Part shown: one piece after another, positions 57,475 through 64,000 of the stretch
Layout: each line of letters begins with the position of its first letter
How positions within the stretch are numbered: the stretch's first letter is position 1
From: a virus
Reading direction: 5' to 3' (one strand)
Length of the DNA stretch: 64,000 bases
Virus record (IMG/VR): IMGVR_UViG_3300020370_000002
Coordinates: 1 to 64,000 of that record
Notes under the pieces: generated by a model
What the model saw: only the letters and a program-made list of their open reading frames with translations
The model's database searches: none
Told to the model about the DNA's origin: nothing
Translations under genes and position numbers: made by a program

Positions 57475-57503
57475 ATTATACTAGAAAATGAATAAAGTGT
57501 CAA
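57475..57503 (-). promoter_or_regulatory. Consensus sigma70 promoter, near-leaderless ligA
   Basis: AAAATAATTC-TTGACA-N17-TATAAT-N8-ATG. Confidence 0.85.
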
Positions 57504-57506
57504 GAA

Positions 57507-57824
57507 TTATTTTGGGTTATCGTGCTTGTATAAATTATCTACGAGGTCTTGGAAGTTCTCCTCAATTATCTCGCGCGACTCTGCTAGAGACAGAATCTCT
57601 GTGAGGGCGCGAAATAACTCTCTGGAGTTATTGAAGTCAATAGGCATTGCTATACCTTCGGGTGTAGGTTTCCATTCTTCAAAAAAATCCATGTAATACT
57701 TACGCAAGTGAAGATATTCAACCCCTTTGAAAGTATTTACAGAAACTCGTACCTGTACTTGTTTTTCTTCATCATAGTGTATTATATGCTCGTATAAAGG
57801 AGCTGGCTCATGAATTTGTATCAT
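57507..57824 (-). CDS. PC4-like ssDNA-binding protein
   Basis: VRVSVNTFKGVEYLHLRKYY...WKPTPEGIAMP. Confidence 0.75.
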   Translation of the reverse strand: MIQIHEPAPLYEHIIHYDEEKQVQVRVSVNTFKGVEYLHLRKYYMDFFEEWKPTPEGIAMPIDFNNSRELFRALTEILSLAESREIIEENFQDLVDNLYKHDNPK

Positions 57825-58087
57825 GAGTCGTTCTTCAATACAGAAGCAAGAGGGACTACACTCGTTACATTCTTAGGTTTTAATAAGCGATAAGAATCCG
57901 TGTCCCAACAAAACAATAGTAGGGTTTCAGTAGATTCTCTCGCTCGGTTTTTCTTGTCTCGAATGTACTTTGTACTAAAGTCCAACGTGCATACATTGTA
58001 CTTTAGTTTTTTTGAGTTCTCACTACGATATGTAATGATCGCATCACCATACTCATCAACAAGTTTGGCTAGTTCGTCCTTCTTCAC
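57821..58087 (-). CDS. Conserved T5-like hypothetical protein
   Basis: KYNVCTLDF...FCWDTDSYR...VVPL; GTG start. Confidence 0.7.
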   Translation of the reverse strand: MKKDELAKLVDEYGDAIITYRSENSKKLKYNVCTLDFSTKYIRDKKNRARESTETLLLFCWDTDSYRLLKPKNVTSVVPLASVLKNDS

Positions 58088-58140
58088 GGTGTTCCTTAGT
58101 TAGGTAGGTAAAATCTTTTACTGTCCTATACTGAAGAAAC

Positions 58141-58169
58141 AAAAAAGACCTCGGGGATCTCACCCGAGG
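58141..58169 (-). terminator. Intrinsic terminator after D3
   Basis: CCTCGGG-N7-CCCGAGG-TCTTTTTT on the minus strand. Confidence 0.85.
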
Positions 58170-58174
58170 GAGTA

Positions 58175-58570
58175 CTAGTCGGCCAATAAGCCTGTGAAAT
58201 ACTGAGCTGCTTTGCCAGTTAACTTAGATATAATATCTTCGTCTACTGCTAAGCCTTTGTCTGTGATAGCTGCGGTGAGGGCATCTTGTGCTGCCTGCTT
58301 AGATACGCGTGTACCACCTGAGGAAGTCCCACCACCATTCCCCGTAGCGGGAGTCTTTTTTACATAGACACCTGCTTTGGTTAGAATCATACGAACCCCG
58401 TTAGGGCTTTCGTTTAATTCATCTGCAATTTCTTTTACAATTTCCATTGAAGTCTCAGGAGTTGGATCCTGTGCTTCATACATCTCTACGGCTTGCGCCT
58501 TCTTGTCGTCGTCCCACGCCATTCTGCGTTTTCCTCGTTGTTGTTGTTGAAAATAAAATCGGTCGCCCAT
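58175..58570 (-). CDS. D3: DNA-binding protein (T5 D3-like); second start at 58522
   Basis: MAW...ESPNGVRMILTKAGVYVKK...KLTGKAA; both ATGs have a GAGG SD. Confidence 0.8.
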   Translation of the reverse strand: MGDRFYFQQQQRGKRRMAWDDDKKAQAVEMYEAQDPTPETSMEIVKEIADELNESPNGVRMILTKAGVYVKKTPATGNGGGTSSGGTRVSKQAAQDALTAAITDKGLAVDEDIISKLTGKAAQYFTGLLAD

Positions 58571-58595
58571 TTGGTTTCCTCATTTTTGAAATACT

Positions 58596-58624
58596 ATTAT
58601 ATCTCGATTTAACATTTGTGTCAA
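58596..58624 (-). promoter_or_regulatory. Consensus sigma70 promoter
   Basis: AAAAAAAGTTC-TTGACA-N17-TATAAT. Confidence 0.85.
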
Positions 58625-58643
58625 GAACTTTTTTTGCTCTCCA

Positions 58644-59297
58644 CTAAATTTTTTCGATATCAATGCCATGCTCTTCCAAGTGAGTTAATTTACCTAGGTC
58701 ACAGGCTAGTGCTGCTCCATGAAAACCTCCCACCCTTAAAGTTTCAGTTTCTTCCAGTATGTATATCTCATAGCACTTACATCCATACTTGTCTATGTAA
58801 TACTGAGGGTTGGGGCTTTCTTTTTGTACTATGGCAGGAGCATGATAGAAAGCAGACCATACTTTTTCATTTGGAATGAACTCATCAGATACACATTGAT
58901 CTGGTAAGAATGCGTATCCTTTTCGTTCTTCTACAAGCGCTGGTCGCGTTGGTACTCCAACTCGATTAAGTATAGCTTTTACAAACCCCGTAGAGCGGTA
59001 CATACCTTGAGATATTTCGGATATAGACTGCCCATCGAGATAAGAAGTTATAGCTTCTTTTATCTCTAAAGCACTTGCTGGCTTACCTTTTAACTGAGCT
59101 TTTCTCTTCGCTCTAAAGTTTTGTTTGTCTTGAAAATCTTGTATTATATTATTAAGTCTTGTAGTATTGTACGAGATGTTGAGTATCTCACACGCCTCCT
59201 TTTTAGTTATCGGTTTATCCGAACTCAAAAGGGTTATCACGTGTTGTATATTTTCCTGAGTCAACTTCTCGTGTTCTTTCTTCTTCACCCTTGCCAA
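58644..59297 (-). CDS. D2: DNA-binding protein (T5 D2-like)
   Basis: TKKEACEILNISYNTTRL, ISEIS..MYRS HTH motifs; probable TTG start after GGAGG. Confidence 0.8.
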   Translation of the reverse strand: MARVKKKEHEKLTQENIQHVITLLSSDKPITKKEACEILNISYNTTRLNNIIQDFQDKQNFRAKRKAQLKGKPASALEIKEAITSYLDGQSISEISQGMYRSTGFVKAILNRVGVPTRPALVEERKGYAFLPDQCVSDEFIPNEKVWSAFYHAPAIVQKESPNPQYYIDKYGCKCYEIYILEETETLRVGGFHGAALACDLGKLTHLEEHGIDIEKI

Positions 59298-59583
59298 GTA
59301 ATTCATCCTCCAATTTAAATAATAAACAACACATCGCATGGGCTAGATGCGATAGTCCAGTTTCTTCGTCTAACTGCTCTCCGTCCATGTGGGCAAAGAT
59401 ATGTCTTAGTGCAGCGCTTGTATATCTATTTTGTAGATCATCTACTTTACGCCAGTTTTCGGCATCATACTTCTCTGCTCCGTATGTTAATACTTTTCCT
59501 ACTTCTAATATAGACTTTGGAGGAAGTAAGTATAGCTTTGGTTTTTCACTATCAAACTTTCTACCTTGTGATTCTTTGTTCAT
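59215..59583 (-). CDS. dATP/dGTP diphosphohydrolase-like protein (DUF5664)
   Basis: GRKFDSEKP, VLTYGAEKY...NW, AALRH, DEETGLSHLAHA; start adjusted. Confidence 0.82.
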   Translation of the reverse strand: MNKESQGRKFDSEKPKLYLLPPKSILEVGKVLTYGAEKYDAENWRKVDDLQNRYTSAALRHIFAHMDGEQLDEETGLSHLAHAMCCLLFKLEDELLGKGEEERTREVDSGKYTTRDNPFEFG

Positions 59584-60130
59584 AATCTGCTTCCTGTTCG
59601 TTCCACCAAGGAGGCTTCTCTCGATACTTCCAAGAAGCAAACGTTGCTTTGTCTTTGTGATAAAATCTACGGTATGCGTCTATGGCGTCTGATCCTTTAA
59701 GTTCATCTGGCATAGCTTGTGCAAATGGAGTAAGTCCCAGTGGTGGTGTTCGTATGCTGGGGAGCTTGAGTATAACATCATGCACTGATTTATGGCTTTT
59801 TCCGTATCTGTAAGTGTACTCTTCGTCCAATGCGAGGGCGTAGCAAAACAACCACTCATAGTTATCGAGGCTACTCCTAGCCCATATCGTGCAGGGGTGG
59901 TTATGCATTGTAGGAAGGTACGGGAAGTCTCTTGGTTCATTTGTTTTTTTCTCCCGTAAAAGGGCGAGTTCTTCTTTTGTAAGTTTTCGAGGAACAAAAC
60001 CCAAGTATTTATCTACCCAATGATTTGTGCACAGCATTTGAGCTGCCTCAAGAGGCATTTTGACTATATGCTTGTCAACGTGGTACTCTGCACACTTGTC
60101 ATGGTTTTCGTCAAGTATAAAAATATTCAT
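59561..60130 (-). CDS. Pyrimidine-dimer DNA glycosylase / endonuclease V-like protein
   Basis: MNIFILD...DKHIVKMPLEAAQML, NHPCTIW, EYTYRYGK.H, FAQAMP. Confidence 0.7.
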   Translation of the reverse strand: MNIFILDENHDKCAEYHVDKHIVKMPLEAAQMLCTNHWVDKYLGFVPRKLTKEELALLREKKTNEPRDFPYLPTMHNHPCTIWARSSLDNYEWLFCYALALDEEYTYRYGKSHKSVHDVILKLPSIRTPPLGLTPFAQAMPDELKGSDAIDAYRRFYHKDKATFASWKYREKPPWWNEQEADYEQRITR

Positions 60131-60136
60131 GCAACT

Positions 60137-60165
60137 ATTATACTAATAAATGTATATAATGTCAA
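60137..60165 (-). promoter_or_regulatory. Consensus sigma70 promoter, leaderless transcript
   Basis: TTGACA-N17-TATAAT-N6-ATG. Confidence 0.85.
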
Positions 60166-60308
60166 GATTTTTTTCGACTTTTGGCCCTCATTGCTTCTAC
60201 ATCAAATTCTTTTTGCCACGGCCAATATCCTGTTGCTTTTTTATCTCCATACGCTGCTCCCAATAGTAATACTACTGGTAGACTAAGTATTAATAGAATG
60301 AAGGTCAT
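60162..60308 (-). CDS. 48-aa membrane peptide (MTFILLILSLPVVLLLGAAY...)
   Basis: Untracked ORF filling the gap after thyX; one TM and a basic tail. Confidence 0.5.
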   Translation of the reverse strand: MTFILLILSLPVVLLLGAAYGDKKATGYWPWQKEFDVEAMRAKSRKKS

Positions 60309-60966
60309 CTACTGCTTTCCTTACGCTTGGGAAGTGGTCACCAATTATACTCCAACATCGATCTGCTATGTCAGCGTGCTCTTGCTGAGTTCCATTAGCT
60401 CTACGAAGCTCACAATAGTGAATCCAACTACGAAGTGTTCCTGCCATATATAAAGTAGTACCGCTCATTCCTTCTGGAAGAAGTGCTCTTGCTTGTTCCT
60501 TTGCAATGCCGTCCTCTAAAGCTTCCTCATATGCTTTTCTTGTTAAGTGCAAGACGTTCTGCTGAGCCATAGAGAAACGTTCATTTATTCTACGGTGGCA
60601 TTGATTTTTATAGTCCATAGAAATACTATTTTGTCTATTTTTCTCATCCTGAAGTCTTGCTTCTCTTATTTCAAAAACATTAGTCACAGCGTATCTCTGG
60701 CTAAACTCTTGAAAAGAGAAGCTTCGATGACGTACTATCTGGTGGGAGATATCTCGTGTTGTCTGTATTTCCATGGTAATGGATACCATTTCAAACGGAC
60801 TCCAGTGACCATGTTTGATTAAGTACTTCAACAGTCCTGGAGCTGTTTTATTATTGTTTTGATTTTCAGGGTTACTTACTCTTGCACAGTAAGCTATAAA
60901 TTCATCCGCCGTATTACATCCTGTACTTGCACTCGGCTTGCTTAGAGCTACTAAAGCTACATTCAT
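60283..60966 (-). CDS. thyX: Flavin-dependent thymidylate synthase
   Basis: ARVSN, HWSPFE, RHRSFSFQEFSQRY (ThyX motif), EQARALLP. Confidence 0.96.
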   Translation of the reverse strand: MNVALVALSKPSASTGCNTADEFIAYCARVSNPENQNNNKTAPGLLKYLIKHGHWSPFEMVSITMEIQTTRDISHQIVRHRSFSFQEFSQRYAVTNVFEIREARLQDEKNRQNSISMDYKNQCHRRINERFSMAQQNVLHLTRKAYEEALEDGIAKEQARALLPEGMSGTTLYMAGTLRSWIHYCELRRANGTQQEHADIADRCWSIIGDHFPSVRKAVDDLHSINT

Positions 60967-61412
60967 TAAACATTTTCCAATCTAGTCATTAATCTTTCTG
61001 CTCGTTGTGTTACTTGCTTGTACCAACGGGAGTCCCTCCCTTCAACAGCAGCCCTTTTCCAGTCTTCTGCCCATAAGGCTTTATTCATATTCTTAAATTT
61101 GGACAGTCTGGGTCTGCCCATGTTAAACATCATATTGACCAGGATCTGCTGGACTTCGTCGGGGAAGCTTCTAAAAGTCCCTTCTCCGTATAGAGTACAA
61201 CACTCTCTGATGGCAATGTTAAGGTCTCTAGCGAAACACGTCCTGACTCGTTCTTCAGTAACTGGTGTTCCAGTCGGCCTTCCGAATTCCTCGTCACTTT
61301 CGACGATAAGATGACCGACGCCAAAGGTTGGATAGCCGAGGTGGTCATTGTAGATTCCATATACTACTCCTTCATCAATCTTGAGTTGCTCGTAAACTGC
61401 TTCTCTATTCAC
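60966..61412 (-). CDS. T4-type lysozyme (GH24 endolysin)
   Basis: LKIDEG...YNDHLGYPTFGVGHL, NMMFNMG, SRWYKQV..RA.RL. Confidence 0.92.
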   Translation of the reverse strand: MNREAVYEQLKIDEGVVYGIYNDHLGYPTFGVGHLIVESDEEFGRPTGTPVTEERVRTCFARDLNIAIRECCTLYGEGTFRSFPDEVQQILVNMMFNMGRPRLSKFKNMNKALWAEDWKRAAVEGRDSRWYKQVTQRAERLMTRLENV

Positions 61413-61585
61413 ATCATTTTCCCACTAGGATCAAGTAAGTGGCGTTTAATCCACCCTTCGATCTGCTTTTTTTGTTTCTCTACTTCTTCTGCTTGAGACA
61501 TTACTTTTGCCTCAAGGTCATCAATTCTTTTTTCTTGAAAGCGAAGTCTGTCGCTCTGCATCTCTATTTCGTACTGACCTTTCAT
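61409..61585 (-). CDS. Small coiled-coil hypothetical protein
   Basis: Coupled to both neighbours; start adjusted. Confidence 0.5.
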   Translation of the reverse strand: MKGQYEIEMQSDRLRFQEKRIDDLEAKVMSQAEEVEKQKKQIEGWIKRHLLDPSGKMM

Positions 61586-61836
61586 TATGCTACCCTTACT
61601 AAATCCCAATTCATTGGTTCATGTGATTTAATTTCAACCACGTTCTTATCAATATCTATAAATTTTATAATGTTAGGTTTCAAACTAATTATCTCTCTAA
61701 CATTATAAAACTTTGGTGTACGCATATACATAGCTTTTCCATCTTCATCTATGCCTGTTACACTTCCAAAGTATATGGTTAACTTGTACTCTTGGTAAAA
61801 TAAACTTTTCCACCAAGCTATAATTTTATCAATCAT
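61585..61836 (-). CDS. Hypothetical protein
   Basis: MIDKIIAWWKS start overlapping the o-spanin stop. Confidence 0.55.
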   Translation of the reverse strand: MIDKIIAWWKSLFYQEYKLTIYFGSVTGIDEDGKAMYMRTPKFYNVREIISLKPNIIKFIDIDKNVVEIKSHEPMNWDLVRVA

Positions 61837-62236
61837 TTTTCTCAAGCCATTCCTCTGCTTCATCGGCAGCATTTGTAGCTTTTCTATAGTACAATATAAT
61901 TTCTTTTTGTTGCCGTATATACCTACGAATCTCTTGTAAATTATATGCCATGTTCTCATAGCCTTTTGGAGTAAGAGCCATTACTACAAAATCTCCACCC
62001 AATAGACCCTCTACTTTTGCTACTGACTCTTCCCAGTTATCCTTTGTGATTACAAACCATGCTACATCCTCTAAGCCTATCTCATTAGGTAAAGGAGGTT
62101 GGTATATATCAACTTTAACTTCTTCCGTGATTACTTTTACAGGGGGAGGTGGTGTAAAGTCTACTTTCGGTAATACACTACATCCACTACTTAACGCTAT
62201 CGTAAACGCGCTCACTAGCACTATCGTCGGCTTCAT
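61829..62236 (-). CDS. Outer-membrane spanin (Rz1-like lipoprotein)
   Basis: Lipobox LSSG-C, Pro-rich; overlaps the i-spanin 3' end. Confidence 0.75.
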   Translation of the reverse strand: MKPTIVLVSAFTIALSSGCSVLPKVDFTPPPPVKVITEEVKVDIYQPPLPNEIGLEDVAWFVITKDNWEESVAKVEGLLGGDFVVMALTPKGYENMAYNLQEIRRYIRQQKEIILYYRKATNAADEAEEWLEKND

Positions 62237-62639
62237 CTAATTCCCTACTATCTGCTTCCACTTGTCGGAACACATCTTTTGTGCCCTTATTTATCCGTGG
62301 TTCAATAAGTCCTGGCTTTCTACGAGCCAGATTTGTTAAATTGTGTTTTTTAAAAATACTTAAGTATTGCTGTTTTTCAGCTTCTAATTTACTATTCTTA
62401 TTTGTTAGGTCTGCAAACGCTTGAGCCTGCTGCTTCATTTGTTTCTCTAACTTACGAATAGTGCTTTCGTTAGTCTGTGCTGCGGTTTGAAGAGCCACAT
62501 TTTGTTGTGTTGCTGCTGCAATCTCCATTTGTTGTTCGGTGATGCGGTTATCCTTCGCATTGATTTGTATTTTGTGATAAGCAAAACCAGCACCACCTAC
62601 AACTAGGATGATTGGAAGCATTTTTATCATTCCAAACAT
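62187..62639 (-). CDS. Inner-membrane spanin (Rz-like)
   Basis: N-terminal TM then a long coiled coil; near the lysozyme. Confidence 0.75.
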   Translation of the reverse strand: MFGMIKMLPIILVVGGAGFAYHKIQINAKDNRITEQQMEIAAATQQNVALQTAAQTNESTIRKLEKQMKQQAQAFADLTNKNSKLEAEKQQYLSIFKKHNLTNLARRKPGLIEPRINKGTKDVFRQVEADSRELDEADDSASERVYDSVK

Positions 62640-62655
62640 ACTATTTACCTTTTAC

Positions 62656-62934
62656 TTACAATTCTGTAAGTGTTCTAACGCCTGATTGTCGATTCAGCTC
62701 GCAGAGTATTTTCTGGTTGCCTTCGGGAAAGTATACCATAAACTGCATCTGGAATCCCGCTCCTCGATCTTTTATTTTTTTCAAAAGATAACGCGAAGCT
62801 CCGACATATTCTGATTTTACTTCTTGTTTACACAGATTAAATGCTTTATTTTTATCTATTGCTTTGGCATTTACAGGTAGTGCGACTAGTAGGGCTAGGG
62901 TTCCTATTCCTATTAAGGATAGAACTCGTTTCAT
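62656..62934 (-). CDS. Exported hypothetical protein
   Basis: Sec-type signal peptide ending VNA; two Cys; SD AAGGAG. Confidence 0.6.
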   Translation of the reverse strand: MKRVLSLIGIGTLALLVALPVNAKAIDKNKAFNLCKQEVKSEYVGASRYLLKKIKDRGAGFQMQFMVYFPEGNQKILCELNRQSGVRTLTEL

Positions 62935-63011
62935 ACTTCTTTTCTCCTTTTATCTTGGCATCGTTGCCAGTTTTGCTACTTTCATTTGCCCAATAAAAAT
63001 AGCGGTATGAG

Positions 63012-63173
63012 TCAGAGAGGTACCTCGTCTTCGTCAACGTCAAGATGACCGTTGTCAACGAGGTAGTCTACGGCATGTTGGATTCCGACTCTGCGTCCAA
63101 CATACCAGCAATGTGCTCCACACCCTATTAAACATAGGGAAAACACGACGAAAGCTGCTATCGTAGTTTCCAA
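63012..63173 (-). CDS. 53-aa membrane hypothetical protein
   Basis: Untracked; TTG start after AAAAGGAGAG; first gene of the leftward promoter. Confidence 0.55.
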   Translation of the reverse strand: METTIAAFVVFSLCLIGCGAHCWYVGRRVGIQHAVDYLVDNGHLDVDEDEVPL

Positions 63174-63213
63174 TTTACTCTCCTTTTGAATTTATAATTT
63201 TCAGAATGTAGAT

Positions 63214-63242
63214 ATTATACTTCATATGACATAAAATGTCAA
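63214..63242 (-). promoter_or_regulatory. Consensus sigma70 promoter (leftward of a divergent pair)
   Basis: TTGACA-N17-TATAAT. Confidence 0.85.
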
Positions 63243-63277
63243 GAAAAATTTTTAGAATGTACTTTAAAAAATAATTC

Positions 63278-63306
63278 TTGACATTCGTACTTGTTTTGTG
63301 TATAAT
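63278..63306 (+). promoter_or_regulatory. Consensus sigma70 promoter (rightward), leaderless
   Basis: AAAAAATAATTC-TTGACA-N17-TATAAT-N6-ATG. Confidence 0.88.
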
Positions 63307-63312
63307 ATCACA

Positions 63313-63498
63313 ATGAGAAAATATATAAAAAGACCTTGGAGCAAGGAAGAAAGGACAGTATTATCACAGTATTACTACTTAAAATCTATAGAAGAAATAC
63401 AACTACTACTTCCTGAACGCACTCCAAATGCAATAAGAAAGCAAGTTTTATACTTAAGAAAACGAGGATGGCGATTTAAGCGTGAAAGTAAAGGTTAG
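63313..63498 (+). CDS. Small Myb/HTH-like DNA-binding protein
   Basis: WSKEE..L...Y......I...LPERT..AIR; leaderless ATG 63313. Confidence 0.6.
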   Translation: MRKYIKRPWSKEERTVLSQYYYLKSIEEIQLLLPERTPNAIRKQVLYLRKRGWRFKRESKG

Positions 63499-63691
63499 AA
63501 ACAATAACATAGAAAATGCAATACGTGTTTTCAAAAAGAAGTGTAGCGAGGTAATATTTGAATACCGAGAAAAAGAATACTACGAAAAGCCCAGTGCAAA
63601 ACGACACAGAGCTAAGCAGTCTGCTAAAGCAAGAGAACAACGAAGACAGCGAAAAGATGAGATTCTCACCAGAGGAAATAGAAAATTCTAA
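63482..63691 (+). CDS. rpsU: Phage-encoded ribosomal protein bS21
   Basis: VKVRNNNIENAIRVFKKK...EYREKEYYEKPSAKRHRAK. Confidence 0.88.
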   Translation: MKVKVRNNNIENAIRVFKKKCSEVIFEYREKEYYEKPSAKRHRAKQSAKAREQRRQRKDEILTRGNRKF

Positions 63692-63947
63692 AAGAATATT
63701 TAAGTCTGCTACTCCGAAATACACGGTTGATTGGTACGTTAAGTGGGCTTCTTCAATCATTCTTATTTGTGCAATATCTATCCGATCAGCGCAAATAAGC
63801 CCTTTTATTGACCTCGTACTGTCTTTTATAGGTATGATAGGTTGGACTTATGTGAGTTTAGTATGGAAGGACAGAGCGTTAATACTAGTGAACGGAATAG
63901 CAATGGTACTATTAGGAACAGGACTACTGCGTCATTTCGCGGGATGA
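63657..63947 (+). CDS. Three-TM membrane hypothetical protein
   Basis: DWYVKWASS...GWTYVS..WKDRALI.VN; start adjusted. Confidence 0.6.
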   Translation: MRFSPEEIENSKRIFKSATPKYTVDWYVKWASSIILICAISIRSAQISPFIDLVLSFIGMIGWTYVSLVWKDRALILVNGIAMVLLGTGLLRHFAG

Positions 63948-64000
63948 AAAATTTATTTAAACGTCAGAAGAACTGGAAAGACCCAGACCCTGACGAGGTC
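63944..64000 (+). CDS. 5' end of a hypothetical protein (partial)
   Basis: ATGA overlap with the previous stop; open to the window edge. Confidence 0.45.
   Translation, partial: MKNLFKRQKNWKDPDPDEV

Noticed and set aside
62950-62995. Minus-strand GGGCAAATGAAAGTAGCAAAAC...TGGCA-ACGA-TGCCA resembling a c-di-GMP-I (GEMM) riboswitch
   Set aside because: No stem around the GAAA loop and no proper second hairpin with a tetraloop receptor; only scattered words match
1-64000. CRISPR array, integrase, transposase or rRNA
   Set aside because: No regularly spaced repeats or such genes seen; the recurring motif is a promoter

Overview
The whole window is a lytic, T5-related (Demerecviridae-like) siphophage genome segment, probably from an aquatic or marine phage with a Gram-negative (likely gammaproteobacterial) host. 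The plus strand, 1-37746, is the late region. It runs terminase, HNH nickase, portal, a protease-capsid fusion, T5-like neck and tail tube, tape measure, a lambda-type M-L-K-I-J tail tip, and a ~13 kb modular array of fibre, adhesin and chaperone genes. The minus strand, 37755-63173, is a T5-syntenic replication block: nrdAB, D15, D14, D13/D12, D11, D10, family A polymerase, primase, helicase, D5, split NAD ligase, D3 and D2. That block carries auxiliary genes (phoH, iscU, iscA, thyX, a DenV-like glycosylase, DUF5664), a tRNA-Trp and a lysozyme/spanin cassette. A divergent unit at the right end encodes ribosomal protein bS21. The most striking unannotated signal is a glnA-type glutamine riboswitch (48-98). 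It has a visible anti-Shine-Dalgarno switch and sits before a 17-aa YRG (DUF4278-like) peptide inside the late operon. Other notable signals are an internal capsid start inside the protease fusion, a -1 frameshift in the tail chaperone, IscU/IscA alongside a putative Fe-S tail-tip protein, and 11 near-perfect sigma70 promoters, several driving leaderless genes. All homology calls come from motif recognition by eye, not database searches.
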